From NCBI GenBank assembly GCA_035711585.1, contig DASTCB010000164.1, positions 10,783 to 74,782 on the forward strand: 64,000 bases of DNA, given 5' to 3'. Every line of letters begins with the position of its first letter. Position 1 is the stretch's first letter. Position numbers and translations under genes: made by a program. The notes under the pieces are model-generated. The model was not told where the DNA came from. It saw only the letters and a program-made list of their open reading frames with translations, and made no database searches. This document shows, piece after piece, positions 30,053-40,924 of this stretch. Origin of the DNA: Sphingomicrobium sp. Lineage in GTDB: Bacteria > Pseudomonadota > Alphaproteobacteria > Sphingomonadales > Sphingomonadaceae.

Positions 30053-31099
30053 TTGATGATGAAAAAGATGCTCGTTGCGCTGCCGCTGGTGGCGCTGGTC
30101 GCGGCTTGCGGCGGAAGCGGTTCGGGCAGCGGCGGTGCCGCCGCGCAGCTCAAGGTCGTCGGTTCCTCGACCGTCTATCCATTCACCACAGCGGTGGCCG
30201 AAGAATTCCAGCGGGCGAACCCGGGCATCAGCGTCATCGTCGAATCGACCGGCACCGGCGCCGGCATCAAGCTGTTCTGCAGCGGCATCGGCGGGCAATC
30301 GCCCGACATGGTCAACGCTTCGCGGCCGATGAAGAAGAGCGAGTATGACAGCTGTGCCGTGGCCGGCGTGAAGGATGTCATCGAGGTTCCGGTCGGGATC
30401 GACGGGCTCACCCTGATCCAGGCCAAGGACCAGCCGCCGCTCAACCTGACGGTCGAGCAGATCTACGCGGCGCTGGCCGCCACCCCGTTCAACAAGGGCC
30501 CGAACCAGGCGCAGACCTGGCAGGACGTCGATCCTTCGCTTCCGGCCATCAAGATCCGTGTGCTTGGCCCGCCGCCGACCTCGGGCACCCGCGACAGCCT
30601 GGCCGAGCTCATCCTCGACAAGGGCTGCAACACCGATCCGGCGATGAAGGCTCTCAAGGAAAGCGACGAGAGCAAGCACAAGGAGGTTTGCACCAAGATC
30701 CGCGAGGACGGCGCCTACGTCGAGGCGGGCGAGAATGACAATCTGCTGGTGCAGAAGGTTTCAGCCGACCCCGGCTCGCTCGGCGTGCTTGGCTACAGCT
30801 TCCTCGAGGAGAATGCCGACCGCGTGTCGCCGGTATCGATCGCCGGCGTGGCCCCGACCGAAGCGACCATCAGCGACTTGAGCTACCCCGGCAGCCGCCG
30901 GCTATACCTCTATGTGAAGGGCGAGCATGTCGCGGCCAAGCCGGCGATCAAGCAGTTCCTCGAGGCCTATTCGAAGAGCTGGGGCGCTGGCGGCTCGCTC
31001 GCCAAGCGCGGGCTGGTTCCGCTCGCTCCCGCAGAAGGCGAGGCCGCAACCGCCCAGGCGACCGCGCTCACGCCGCTCGACCCGGCCGCGCTCAAGTAG
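30053..31099 (+). CDS. pstS: Phosphate ABC transporter substrate-binding lipoprotein
   Basis: LVAAC lipobox, VGSSTVYPF, ESTGTGAG, PPPTSGTRD. Confidence 0.95.
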   Translation: MMMKKMLVALPLVALVAACGGSGSGSGGAAAQLKVVGSSTVYPFTTAVAEEFQRANPGISVIVESTGTGAGIKLFCSGIGGQSPDMVNASRPMKKSEYDSCAVAGVKDVIEVPVGIDGLTLIQAKDQPPLNLTVEQIYAALAATPFNKGPNQAQTWQDVDPSLPAIKIRVLGPPPTSGTRDSLAELILDKGCNTDPAMKALKESDESKHKEVCTKIREDGAYVEAGENDNLLVQKVSADPGSLGVLGYSFLEENADRVSPVSIAGVAPTEATISDLSYPGSRRLYLYVKGEHVAAKPAIKQFLEAYSKSWGAGGSLAKRGLVPLAPAEGEAATAQATALTPLDPAALK

Positions 31100-31114
31100 G
31101 GATCGGCGAGCGCC

Positions 31115-32497
31115 ATGTCGCTCAGCATCGCGCTCGTCGCAATATTGTCGGTCGCCGCCGCCGCTGGCCTGTTCGCCCGCCATCGGGCGGTTGGGCTGCG
31201 CGGCGGGGGCGTCCGGCTCAACAGCCTGCCAAACTATCACGGGCTCTACGTCGCCATCTGGGCGGCGCTTCCGGCGCTGCTGGCCCTGGCGGTCTGGGCG
31301 CCGGTACAGACCGGCCTGGTCGACCAGACCGTGCTGGCCTCGCCGGTCGGTCAGCAACTGCCCGACTTCGACCTCGCGCGCGATTCGATCCTGACGGAGG
31401 CGCGCGAGATTGCGGCGGGCGATCGCGAGGCCGGCTTCAATCCCGAATCGACCGAGCTGGCCCCGATCTACGCGTCCGCGAGCGCGCGCTATGCCGCCAT
31501 CGGCGGTGGAATCGGATTGCTGATCGCATTGGCCGGCGCATTTTTCTCGATGCGGCGGATCAAGGTCGACTTCCGCGCCCGCACCGGAGTCGAGCGCTGG
31601 CTGATGGGGGTCCTGCTCGGCGCCTCGCTGATCGCCATCCTGACCACGCTGGGGATCGTCCTCTCGCTGCTGTTCGAGAGCCTGCGCTTCTTCAACATGG
31701 TCAGCCCGACCGAATTCCTGTTTGGAACCAGTTGGAGCCCGCAAACCGCGATCCGGGCCGACCAGGCCGGCTCCTCGGGTGCGTTCGGGTCGATACCGCT
31801 ATTCTGGGGCACGGCCTTCATCGGCGCGATCATCGCCATGATCGTCGCCATTCCGCTGGGCCTGATGTGCGCCATCTTCCTGACCCAATATGCGCCGCAA
31901 CGGGTCCGGGCCTGGCTGAAGCCGATCCTCGAGATCCTCGCCGGCGTGCCGACGGTGGTCTACGGCTACTTCGCCGCGCTGACCGTCGCCCCGCTTATCC
32001 GCGATTTCGGAATCGCGATCGGCATCAGCTCCGCCTCGTCCGAGAGCGCGCTCGCCGCGGGCCTGGTCATGGGCATCATGATCATCCCCTTCGTCAGCTC
32101 GATGGCCGACGACAGCATCGCAGCCGTCCCGCAGGCGATGGGCGACGGCAGCCTGGCGCTCGGCGCCACCAAGTCGGAAACGATCAAGAAGGTGCTGCTG
32201 CCCGCCGCCCTGCCGGGCGTGGTCGGTGGCGTCCTGCTCGCCGTCAGCCGGGCGATCGGCGAAACGATGATCGTGGTGATGGCCGCGGGCCTCGCCGCCA
32301 ACATGACCATCAACCCGTTCGAAAGCGTGACCACCGTCACCACCCAGATCGTCCAGCTGCTGACCGGCGACCAGGAATTCGACAGCGCCAAGACGCTGGC
32401 CGCCTTCGCGCTCGGCCTCGCGCTGTTCATCATCACGCTGATCCTCAACCTCATCGCCCTGTTCGTGGTCCGCAAATATCGGGAAGCTTATGAATAG
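31115..32497 (+). CDS. pstC: Phosphate ABC transporter permease
   Basis: LKPILEILAGVPTVVYG, SRAIGETMIV. Confidence 0.95.
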   Translation: MSLSIALVAILSVAAAAGLFARHRAVGLRGGGVRLNSLPNYHGLYVAIWAALPALLALAVWAPVQTGLVDQTVLASPVGQQLPDFDLARDSILTEAREIAAGDREAGFNPESTELAPIYASASARYAAIGGGIGLLIALAGAFFSMRRIKVDFRARTGVERWLMGVLLGASLIAILTTLGIVLSLLFESLRFFNMVSPTEFLFGTSWSPQTAIRADQAGSSGAFGSIPLFWGTAFIGAIIAMIVAIPLGLMCAIFLTQYAPQRVRAWLKPILEILAGVPTVVYGYFAALTVAPLIRDFGIAIGISSASSESALAAGLVMGIMIIPFVSSMADDSIAAVPQAMGDGSLALGATKSETIKKVLLPAALPGVVGGVLLAVSRAIGETMIVVMAAGLAANMTINPFESVTTVTTQIVQLLTGDQEFDSAKTLAAFALGLALFIITLILNLIALFVVRKYREAYE

Positions 32498-33731
32498 CGT
32501 GACCACGTCCCGCTGGACCGGCGACGAAATGCAGAAGCGCGTCGCCAGGCGCTACGCAGCCGAGCGGCGCTTCCGCTTCTTCGGGCTTGCGGCGGTCGGC
32601 CTGTCGGTGGCCTTCCTCGCCTTTCTGCTGATCACCATGGCGTGGAAGGGGCTGGGCGGATTTACCCAGACCGAGGCGAAGCTGACGATCGACTTCCCGC
32701 GATCCGACCTGTTCATCGAGGAGGCGGCGCTCAGGGGCCCGCAGGCCCAGCAAGTCGTTGCCTCGTCCGGGCTCGAAGGCGTGCTGGAACAGGCGGCGGT
32801 GGCGCAGTTCGGCGAAGGCGCTGGCGAGCTGTTCGGCGGCGCCAGCGCCCGCGAACTGGGCGAGCAGCTGATCGCCAATCCGGACCTGCTGTCCCAGAAG
32901 TCCGATCTGTGGCTCCCGCTTTCATCGAAGGGCGATGTGGCGGCAAAGGGTGACGGCGATCCGGCGCTCGAGAGGCTGGTCGCCAAGGCCGAAACGAAGC
33001 GGACCTTCAACGGCGGCTTCCTAACCGCGTCCGACGCGACGGACCCGTCGGTGGTCGGCGTGTGGGGAGCCCTCAAGGGCAGCTTCCTGACCATCTTGGT
33101 GACCATGGCGCTGGCTTTCCCGATCGGGGTGCTCGCCGCCCTTTATCTGGAGGAATTCGCGGCCCGGAATCGCTGGACCGACATGATCGAGGTGTCGATC
33201 AACAATCTCGCGGCGGTTCCGTCAATCATCTTCGGCCTGCTCGGGCTCGCCGTGTTCCTCAACTTCATGCACCTGCCGCGCTCGGCGCCGCTGGTCGGCG
33301 GCCTGACGCTGGCGCTGATGACCATGCCGGTGATCGTCATCGCCGGGCGCAACGCCATCAAGTCGGTGCCGCCCTCGATCCGCGACGCCGCGCTGGGCGT
33401 CGGCGCATCGAAGATGCAGGTCGTGTTCCATCACGTCCTGCCGCTGGCGCTGCCGGGCATCCTCACCGGCACCATCATCGGCATGGCCCGTGCGCTCGGC
33501 GAGACCGCGCCGCTGCTGATGATCGGCATGCGCGCCTTCATCGCCTCGCCGCCGCAGGGCATCACCGAGCCGGCCAGCGTCCTGCCGGTCCAGATCTTCC
33601 TCTGGTCGGACGAGGTCGACCGCGGCTTCGTCGAAAAGACCAGCGCAGCCATCATCGTCCTGCTCGTCTTCATGCTGCTGATGAACGGGCTGGCCATCTA
33701 TCTCCGCAACAAATTCGAACGCCGTTGGTAG
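32490..33731 (+). CDS. pstA: Phosphate ABC transporter permease
   Basis: [23 protein letters not shown]. Confidence 0.95.
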   Translation: MNSVTTSRWTGDEMQKRVARRYAAERRFRFFGLAAVGLSVAFLAFLLITMAWKGLGGFTQTEAKLTIDFPRSDLFIEEAALRGPQAQQVVASSGLEGVLEQAAVAQFGEGAGELFGGASARELGEQLIANPDLLSQKSDLWLPLSSKGDVAAKGDGDPALERLVAKAETKRTFNGGFLTASDATDPSVVGVWGALKGSFLTILVTMALAFPIGVLAALYLEEFAARNRWTDMIEVSINNLAAVPSIIFGLLGLAVFLNFMHLPRSAPLVGGLTLALMTMPVIVIAGRNAIKSVPPSIRDAALGVGASKMQVVFHHVLPLALPGILTGTIIGMARALGETAPLLMIGMRAFIASPPQGITEPASVLPVQIFLWSDEVDRGFVEKTSAAIIVLLVFMLLMNGLAIYLRNKFERRW

Positions 33732-33736
33732 GCAGA

Positions 33737-34558
33737 ATGAAAATGATCGACACCATCGTCCCCACCCCGACCGACGCCGAGGAACCGGCGGTCGTCGACG
33801 GCCCGGCCAAGATGAGCGCCCGCAAGGTCGGCGTCTTCTACGGCGACAAGCAAGCCCTGAAGGATGTCAGCGTCGACATCCATGACGACAAGGTCACCGC
33901 CTTCATCGGTCCGTCGGGCTGCGGCAAGTCGACCTTCCTGCGCTGCCTCAACCGGATGAATGACACCATCGCCGGAGCGCGCGTGGTCGGCGACATCGGG
34001 CTGGATGGCGAGGACATCTACGCCCCCAGGATGGACGTGGTGCAGCTCCGTGCCCGGGTGGGAATGGTGTTCCAGAAACCGAACCCTTTCCCCAAGTCGA
34101 TTTACGAGAACGTCTCCTACGGGCCGCGCATCCACGGTCTTGCCGCCGGCAAGAGCGAGATGGACGCGATCGTCGAGAAAAGCCTCAAGCGCGCCGGCCT
34201 GTGGAACGAGGTCAAGGATCGGCTCCAGGAGAGCGGCACCGCCCTTTCCGGCGGGCAGCAGCAGCGGCTGTGTATCGCCCGGGCCATCGCGGTCGACCCG
34301 GAAGTGATCCTGATGGACGAGCCCTGCTCGGCGCTCGACCCCATCGCCACCGCCAGGATCGAGGAGCTGATCCACGAGCTGCGCGGCCGTTACGCGATCG
34401 CCATCGTCACCCATAATATGCAGCAGGCCGCGCGCGTGTCGCAGCGGACCGCCTTCTTCCACTTGGGCGAGATGGTCGAATATGGCCGGACCAAGGACAT
34501 TTTCACCAACCCGGTCCAGCAACGCACCCAGGACTATATTACCGGCCGTTACGGCTGA
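33737..34558 (+). CDS. pstB: Phosphate ABC transporter ATPase
   Basis: [33 protein letters not shown]. Confidence 0.96.
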   Translation: MKMIDTIVPTPTDAEEPAVVDGPAKMSARKVGVFYGDKQALKDVSVDIHDDKVTAFIGPSGCGKSTFLRCLNRMNDTIAGARVVGDIGLDGEDIYAPRMDVVQLRARVGMVFQKPNPFPKSIYENVSYGPRIHGLAAGKSEMDAIVEKSLKRAGLWNEVKDRLQESGTALSGGQQQRLCIARAIAVDPEVILMDEPCSALDPIATARIEELIHELRGRYAIAIVTHNMQQAARVSQRTAFFHLGEMVEYGRTKDIFTNPVQQRTQDYITGRYG

Positions 34559-34572
34559 TCGGAGAGAAGGAC

Positions 34573-35274
34573 ATGGCCACCAGCAGTGGACATACGATCA
34601 AGGCTTTCGACGAGGATCTCGACCGGCTTCGCGCCCTGATCAGCGAGATGGGCGGGCTGGCCGAGCACGCAATCCGGGAGTCAATGCGCTGCCTGGTCCA
34701 GCACGACCTCGACGGCGCCGCGAGGATCGTGGAGGATGACAAGAAGCTCGACGCGCTGGAGGTGGAAACCGAAAAGCGCGCCGTGCAGCTGATCGCGTTG
34801 CGCGCGCCGATGGCCGCCGACCTGCGCGACGTGGTTGCTTCGATGAAGATCTCCAGCGTGGTCGAGCGCATCGGCGACTATGCCAAGAACATCGCCAAGC
34901 GGGTGCCGCTGCTTGACCGAACGAGCGATATCGAACCGGTGTCGTTGATGCCGGAGATGGCCAGAATCGCAACCGAGATGGTCCACAATGTCCTCAACGC
35001 CTTCGTCGAGCGCGATGCGGACGCCGCTGTCAGGGTCATCGAACGAGACAAGGCGGTCGACGACTTCTACAATGCCATTTTCCGGTCGCTACTGACCTAT
35101 ATGATGGAGAAGCCGGTCAACATCGGCCATTCGACCCACCTGTTGTTCATCGCCAAGAATATCGAACGGGTCGGGGACCATGCGACCAACATCGCCGAGA
35201 TGGTCTATTATGCCGCGACCGGCGAATATTATGTCGACCGGCCGCGCGGCCACGACCCTCTGGCTCCGCAATGA
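34573..35274 (+). CDS. phoU: Phosphate signalling protein PhoU
   Basis: HTIKAFDEDL, ERIGDYAKN, ERVGDHATNIAE. Confidence 0.96.
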   Translation: MATSSGHTIKAFDEDLDRLRALISEMGGLAEHAIRESMRCLVQHDLDGAARIVEDDKKLDALEVETEKRAVQLIALRAPMAADLRDVVASMKISSVVERIGDYAKNIAKRVPLLDRTSDIEPVSLMPEMARIATEMVHNVLNAFVERDADAAVRVIERDKAVDDFYNAIFRSLLTYMMEKPVNIGHSTHLLFIAKNIERVGDHATNIAEMVYYAATGEYYVDRPRGHDPLAPQ

Positions 35275-35960
35275 TCCCAAAACGACTCCTGCTGGTCGAA
35301 GACGACCGGGCGCTGGCCGAGCTGGTCAGCTTCCACTTCGACCGCGCCGGCTATGCGGTGACCCGTACCGGCGACGGCGAGGAAGCGCTGATCCTGGCGG
35401 ACGAGGTCAAGCCCGACCTCGTCCTACTCGACTGGATGATCGAGGGAATCAGTGGGATCGAGGTGTGTCGACGGCTGCGCCGCCGCCAGGCAACCGCCAA
35501 TGTCCCGATCATCATGCTCACCGCGCGCGGCGAGGAGGATGACCGCATTCGCGGCCTCGAAACCGGCGCCGACGATTATATGACCAAGCCGTTCAGCCCC
35601 AAGGAGCTGGTGGCGCGGGCCGGCGCGGTCCTGCGCCGGGTTCGGCCGGCCCTGGCCGCCGAAGCGCTGTCTTACGCCGGGCTGGAAATGGACCTGGTCG
35701 CGCACCGGGTCCGGCGCGACGGCCAGTCGATCCAGCTCGGACCGACCGAATATCGGCTGCTGCGGCATTTCCTCGAAAATCCCGGCCGCGTCTTCTCGCG
35801 GCAGCAGTTGCTGGAGACGGTCTGGCCGCACAGCGAGGATATCGAGCTTCGGACGGTCGACGTTCACATCCGCCGGCTCCGCCTGGCGCTGGGCGAACCG
35901 GACATTATCCGGACGGTGCGTAGCGCCGGCTATGCGCTCGACTCCGAAGGGGTTGCCTGA
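35271..35960 (+). CDS. phoB: Response regulator PhoB
   Basis: LLDWMI, GADDYMTKPF, RTVDVHIRRLR. Confidence 0.96.
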   Translation: MIPKRLLLVEDDRALAELVSFHFDRAGYAVTRTGDGEEALILADEVKPDLVLLDWMIEGISGIEVCRRLRRRQATANVPIIMLTARGEEDDRIRGLETGADDYMTKPFSPKELVARAGAVLRRVRPALAAEALSYAGLEMDLVAHRVRRDGQSIQLGPTEYRLLRHFLENPGRVFSRQQLLETVWPHSEDIELRTVDVHIRRLRLALGEPDIIRTVRSAGYALDSEGVA

Positions 35961-35988
35961 GATTGCGACCCGACGCATGGGCTAGCCC

Positions 35989-36729
35989 ATGGCACGCAAG
36001 AACAAGGGCAAGAGCGGCGGCAATCCCAGTCGTCCACGCTTCTGGGGCAAGCATGCGGTCGCTGCGGCGCTCGACAATCCCGATCGCAAGGTGCTGAAGG
36101 CCTGGTCGACGCGCGAGGCCGCGGCCTTCATGAACTTCCCGAAAGAACTGCCGGTAGTGATGGCCGAGGCACCCGACCTCGGCCGGATGGTGCCGCACGA
36201 TGCCCCTCATCAAGGGGTCGTCATCGAGGTCGAGCCGCTCGAGGACATGTGGCTGGGCGATTTGCTGGCGGAGGCGCCGGAGAAGGCCACCCTGCTCGTG
36301 CTCGACCAGGTCACCGACCCGCACAATGTCGGCGCGATCCTGCGCTCCGCCGCGGCGTTCGGTGCGATCGGGATCGTCACCCAGGACCGCCACGCGCCCC
36401 CGGAAAGCGGGGCCCTGGCCAAGGCGGCATCGGGCGCACTGGAAAGGGTGCCGTGGGTTCGCGTGGTTAATCTCGCTCGTGCCCTGGAGGAAATCGCCGA
36501 AGCTGGCTTCTGGCGGATCGGCCTCGCTGGAGAAGCGACAACCGATCTGAAAGATGCCCTCGGACCGCAGCGCGTTGCGCTGGTGCTCGGCGCGGAAGGG
36601 CCCGGCATGCGGTCCAACACCCGCGACCATTGCGATGCGCTGGCCAGGCTTCCTATCTCCAACGCCGTCGAAAGCCTGAATGTCTCCAACGCGACCGCGG
36701 TCGCGCTTTATGCCGCGAGTGTCGCCTGA
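35989..36729 (+). CDS. rlmB: TrmH-family 23S rRNA 2'-O-methyltransferase
   Basis: LDQVTDPHNVGAILRSA, GAEGPG, ESLNVSNA. Confidence 0.92.
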   Translation: MARKNKGKSGGNPSRPRFWGKHAVAAALDNPDRKVLKAWSTREAAAFMNFPKELPVVMAEAPDLGRMVPHDAPHQGVVIEVEPLEDMWLGDLLAEAPEKATLLVLDQVTDPHNVGAILRSAAAFGAIGIVTQDRHAPPESGALAKAASGALERVPWVRVVNLARALEEIAEAGFWRIGLAGEATTDLKDALGPQRVALVLGAEGPGMRSNTRDHCDALARLPISNAVESLNVSNATAVALYAASVA

Positions 36730-37352
36730 TGGTACGGACTGCTGAATCTCTCAAACATAGCCTCCAGGCGCTTGCCGAGCGCGAGCAGGCCTTCGCCAAG
36801 GTGCTCGACACGCATGGCCATCCGGAGCCCCGGGCCAGCGAACCCGGCGTTGAAACGCTGCTTCGCACCATCGTCGGGCAACAGGTCAGCGTGGCCGCGG
36901 CGCGGTCGATGTGGAACAAGCTGACCGCCAAATTTGGCCAGCCGGTCGACCTCAACAAGCTGCTCGGGGCAAGTGACGAGGAAATGCGCGAGGCGGGCAT
37001 GTCCCGCCAGAAGGCCGGTTACCTGCGCAGTCTGGCGGGACTGGTGCTGTCGGGCGAGCTCGACCTCGTCCATCTGCCGGCGGACGATGAGGAAGCGATC
37101 GCCCAGCTGATCAAGATCAAGGGGATCGGCCGTTGGTCGGCGGAGATTTACTTGCTGTTCGCCGAAGGGCGCGACGATGTCTGGCCGGCGGGCGACCTCG
37201 CGGTTCAGATCGAGATCGGCAAGCTGATGGGGCTCGACGGCAAGCCCACGGAGAAGCAATTGCGCGAGCTGGCCGAGAAGTGGCGGCCTCACCGCGGCGC
37301 TGCCGCCGTGCTGGCCTGGCATAGCTACAACGCCACTCCCTTAAGCGGCTGA
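36729..37352 (+). CDS. alkA: DNA-3-methyladenine glycosylase II (AlkA family)
   Basis: IVGQQVSVAAA, IKGIGRWSAE HhH, WPAGDL, WRPHR. Confidence 0.88.
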   Translation: MVRTAESLKHSLQALAEREQAFAKVLDTHGHPEPRASEPGVETLLRTIVGQQVSVAAARSMWNKLTAKFGQPVDLNKLLGASDEEMREAGMSRQKAGYLRSLAGLVLSGELDLVHLPADDEEAIAQLIKIKGIGRWSAEIYLLFAEGRDDVWPAGDLAVQIEIGKLMGLDGKPTEKQLRELAEKWRPHRGAAAVLAWHSYNATPLSG

Positions 37353-38639
37353 GGCGGCCTGCAATCCCATGCTGTGCGCTCGAGCGGCGAGCCCACGGAA
37401 CACGCGCGGGCCGAGGTCGAGCCGGAACGGAGCCAGCTTCTCAGCCTGGTCATCGCCGCGGCCGACGAGGTAGCTCGCCGAAATATGCTCGTCACCGCCG
37501 TTCGAACGGAACAGGATGTTAAACCCGACCAGCGGCACGAACAGCCTGCGCCCCTTGACCTCGAAGCTGTGGAGCTGGTCGATCGGCAGGCGAACCGCGC
37601 TCTTCAGCGACAGCTTGCCCAGCGGGACGATTGACGGAATTCGGTCGCCCGCCCCGACCGGCTTCTTGAAGAAGGCGCCGATGTCGCGGTCCTGACTCGC
37701 ATGGGCGGTGAACATCCGCGCCTCGACCAGCACGTCGCGAGCGGGCGCGGAGCCCGAGTTGGCGATGATCACATCGAACTGCAGAGTCACGTCCGACCCG
37801 GTGACGATCAGCCGATCGGGAACGAACTCCATCGAAAGCTGGGGCCGCAGGATCCGCGACACAATCAGCCCGTCGTCGGCCGGCTTGGATGCGGGCGCCG
37901 GCGCCGGCCGAGGGGCTGGCGCAGGCTGTGCTCGCGGCGGGACGGGATCGGGCCTAGGCCGGGCGGGCGGCAGCGGCCTCGACTCGGGGGCCACATCCGG
38001 GACCAGCCCGGCGAAGGCCATTCGGCCAGGATCCGCATAGCGATTGCGACGGCCGCGCCGGATCCAGGCGAGGAACGCGCCTCCGCCGAGCAACGCGATC
38101 AGCGCCGCGAGCCAGGGCCAGGAAGCGGACGCATCGCTCGGCGTCAGCGGCGCCTCGGTCGCAGGGGCAAGGGTGGAGAAGCCGGGCTGAGGCGCCGGAT
38201 TGGTCGTCACCTCGAGCGGAACGGAAGGAGTGACAGGCACCGAACCGGCTGCCGTTTGGGGTGACTCGGTCCGGGCGCTTGTGCCGGCCCCGCCTGGTGC
38301 CGCCGACGCGGTACGTGGAGCTGCAGCTTCGCCGCGAGACACAGTCCCCGCCGCGACCTCGGATTGCCCCGATTGGTTGCCGGCCGGCTCCGCAAGGACG
38401 GGCGCTGCCGGCCGAGCATCGGTATTTACCGGCCGTTCTGCGGGCCGGGTGACCGTTCCCTGCAGGTTGAAATTCTGCAGCTGGGCAGGGCCGATCGTCT
38501 CGGACGATGGCGGAGGCGCCGCAGTGACATCGACCGGAGCATCGCTGTCCTGGGCGACAGCAGGCATCGCGGCGGCCAACAGAAGCGCCGCGGCACCACC
38601 ATGAAGTGACTTCAATGTCATGCGGCGAAAAGCCGTCAT
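37341..38639 (-). CDS. Hypothetical single-pass membrane protein (signal peptide, P/A/T-rich region, TM, C-terminal beta-rich domain)
   Basis: AMPAVA-QD signal; WPWLAALIALLGGGAFLAWI followed by RRGRR. Confidence 0.75.
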   Translation of the reverse strand: MTAFRRMTLKSLHGGAAALLLAAAMPAVAQDSDAPVDVTAAPPPSSETIGPAQLQNFNLQGTVTRPAERPVNTDARPAAPVLAEPAGNQSGQSEVAAGTVSRGEAAAPRTASAAPGGAGTSARTESPQTAAGSVPVTPSVPLEVTTNPAPQPGFSTLAPATEAPLTPSDASASWPWLAALIALLGGGAFLAWIRRGRRNRYADPGRMAFAGLVPDVAPESRPLPPARPRPDPVPPRAQPAPAPRPAPAPASKPADDGLIVSRILRPQLSMEFVPDRLIVTGSDVTLQFDVIIANSGSAPARDVLVEARMFTAHASQDRDIGAFFKKPVGAGDRIPSIVPLGKLSLKSAVRLPIDQLHSFEVKGRRLFVPLVGFNILFRSNGGDEHISASYLVGRGDDQAEKLAPFRLDLGPRVFRGLAARAHSMGLQAASAA

Positions 38640-38748
38640 TCTCCCCCGCCCTGTCGGTTGCTGGAATCGCGCCCGCCCCGGCGGCGCGCGCCTCGGCTAT
38701 TGGCGAGAAACATGCGCCAACACAAGCATTTCCGGCCTGACCAAGGGC

Positions 38749-39441
38749 TTAACGTGCGTCGACCAGCACCAATTCCGCGTCGGCCTCCGCCTCGATGGTG
38801 ATGCGATCCTCGCCGGTGATGGCGACGCCATCGCGGCCATCGGCCTCCTGACCGTTGATTCGCACCCTGGACGAGGGGACCAGATAAAGGTGCCGTGCGG
38901 GGTCGGGATCATAGCTCAGGCTCTCCCCGGCCGCGAGCGTGGCTCCAAGCACCCTGGCGTCGGCATGGATGGTCAGCGCCCCGTCGTCGGGGTTGCCGCT
39001 GGCGAGCAGCTGGAAGCTGCCTTGCCGAGCCTCCTTCGGGAAAGGCATCATGCCCCAGCCCGGCTTCACGCCGGGTTGGTCGGTTTCGACCCAGATCTGG
39101 AACAGCGTGGTTTCCTCATCCTCGAGATTATATTCGGCATGGGTCACTCCGCTGCCGGCGCTCATCACCTGAACGTCGCCGGCGCCGGTCCGGCCCTTGT
39201 TGCCCATCGAGTCCTGATGACTGATCGCGCCGGTCCGCACGTAGGTGATGATTTCCATGTCGCGATGCGGATGCGGCGGGAAGCCGGAGCGCGCGGCGAT
39301 GCGGTCGTCGTTCCAGACGCGAATCGCGCCCCAGCCCATCCGGGCGGGATCATGATAGTTGGCGAAGCTGAAATGATGGCGGGCATCGAGCCAGCCATGA
39401 TTGGCGTGGCCCAGCGAAGCGAAGGGGCGGATGTCGATCAT
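38749..39441 (-). CDS. Pirin-family protein (YhhW-like)
   Basis: HHFSFANY, GFPPHPHRDMEI, MSAGSGVTHAE. Confidence 0.93.
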   Translation of the reverse strand: MIDIRPFASLGHANHGWLDARHHFSFANYHDPARMGWGAIRVWNDDRIAARSGFPPHPHRDMEIITYVRTGAISHQDSMGNKGRTGAGDVQVMSAGSGVTHAEYNLEDEETTLFQIWVETDQPGVKPGWGMMPFPKEARQGSFQLLASGNPDDGALTIHADARVLGATLAAGESLSYDPDPARHLYLVPSSRVRINGQEADGRDGVAITGEDRITIEAEADAELVLVDAR

Positions 39442-39478
39442 GCGATCAAGATGAGTCCGCGACCGGGTCGTTCAAGTG

Positions 39479-40003
39479 TCAGCGATGTTCCCTCAGCGCA
39501 GCGGCATAGTGCGCCGCCTTTTCGGCATAATGGGCGGCCGACATTTTGAGCATCGCGACATGGTCTTCATCCAACTGCCGGATCGCCCTCGCCGGCGAGC
39601 CGACGATCAGGCTCCTCGGCTCGAAGATCTTGCCCTCGGTGACCAGCGCGCCGGCGCCGACGATGCACTGCGATCCGATCACCGCGCCGTTCAGGATGCG
39701 CGCGCCCATGCCGATCAGCGCTTCGTCCTCGACCGTGCAGCCGTGGAGGATCGCCTGATGGCCGACGGTCACGCGGGTTCCGAGAGTCAGCGGCGCGCCT
39801 GGGTCGCTGTGGCCGATCGCCCCGTCCTGGAAGTTGGTCTCGTCGCCGAGGATGATCGGGGTATTGTCGGCGCGGATCACCGCGCCGAACCAGACGCTGC
39901 ACCGCTCCCCCAGGCGCACGTCGCCGATCAGGTCGGCGGAGGGCGCGGCCCAAGCGCCGTCGCCCAGCCTGGGTCCGACACCGTCGATCTCGTAAAGCGG
40001 CAT
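39479..40003 (-). CDS. Gamma-carbonic anhydrase family protein
   Basis: Hexapeptide repeats, IRAD, NFQDG, VGHQAILHGC. Confidence 0.93.
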   Translation of the reverse strand: MPLYEIDGVGPRLGDGAWAAPSADLIGDVRLGERCSVWFGAVIRADNTPIILGDETNFQDGAIGHSDPGAPLTLGTRVTVGHQAILHGCTVEDEALIGMGARILNGAVIGSQCIVGAGALVTEGKIFEPRSLIVGSPARAIRQLDEDHVAMLKMSAAHYAEKAAHYAAALREHR

Positions 40004-40029
40004 GCCATCCTCCTAGCGCAAATCCAGCC

Positions 40030-40055
40030 GGAACCAAGCGCCGCCGGCGATCATT
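40030..40055 (+). promoter_or_regulatory. Putative EcfG/SigT-type promoter
   Basis: GGAAC-N17-CATT 27 nt upstream of the DUF2267 ATG. Confidence 0.55.
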
Positions 40056-40082
40056 GCCCCTCGTGCGATCAGGAGATTTATC

Positions 40083-40541
40083 ATGAGCGCAACCAGCCTC
40101 GATATTTTTGACCGGACGATGCAGACCACCAATATCTGGCTGAAGGAGATCAGCGCGGAGATCGGGCCGGACCGCCACCTCGCCTGGAAAGTGCTAAGCA
40201 CCGTCCTCCACAAGCTGCGCGACCGGCTGCCGTTCGAGGTATCGGTCCACCTCGGCTCGCAGCTGCCGCTGCTGGTCCGCGGGGTCTATTACGACCAGTA
40301 TCGGCCCTCGGACGCGCCCGACAAGACGCGGCATGCCGATGAGTTCATCGAGGACGTCGCCAAATGGCTGTCCGACGTCCGCCCGGTTGACCCCAGGCTG
40401 GCGGTCATCACCGTGTTCGGGGTGCTCGACCGGCACATCGATCCCGGGCAGGTCGCCAAGGTCAAGGGCACCCTGCCGCATGAAATCCGCGCGCTGTGGG
40501 ACGAGGCAGCGCAACAGCTGATGGAACCGGCCGGAGCCTAG
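40083..40541 (+). CDS. DUF2267 family protein
   Basis: FDRTMQTTNIWL, VLHKLRDRL, HLGSQLPLLVRGVYY, GQVAKVKGTLP. Confidence 0.9.
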   Translation: MSATSLDIFDRTMQTTNIWLKEISAEIGPDRHLAWKVLSTVLHKLRDRLPFEVSVHLGSQLPLLVRGVYYDQYRPSDAPDKTRHADEFIEDVAKWLSDVRPVDPRLAVITVFGVLDRHIDPGQVAKVKGTLPHEIRALWDEAAQQLMEPAGA

Positions 40542-40624
40542 ACCACCATAATGGTGGAACCCGAGCCTTCGCAGGCGGCCCGATTGGCGATAGTCTGGGC
40601 GAGTAGGATAGGCGGGGGGCCGCG

Positions 40625-40924
40625 ATGGATAGCCACGGACGCAAGGCGGAGCGAGTCCCGCTTCAGGCCGACATCGATTTCCGCCGCACCGGCGAGCATC
40701 GCTGGCGGGTCAACATCTCCGACCTATCGCCGCAGGGATGCCGCGTGGAGCTGCCGGTGCGGGTCGCGCCCGACGACCTGACCTGGATCACCTTTCCGGG
40801 GCTGGAGGCGATCCAGGGCAGGGTCTGCTGGGTCGACGAGTGGACCGCGGGAATCGAGTTCACCAACCCGCTCCACCCGGCCGTGTTCGACATGGTCGAG
40901 CAACGGATGCGCCGAGGCGAGTGA
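40625..40924 (+). CDS. Stand-alone PilZ domain protein
   Basis: RKAER (RxxxR) and DLSPQG (DxSxxG). Confidence 0.9.
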   Translation: MDSHGRKAERVPLQADIDFRRTGEHRWRVNISDLSPQGCRVELPVRVAPDDLTWITFPGLEAIQGRVCWVDEWTAGIEFTNPLHPAVFDMVEQRMRRGE

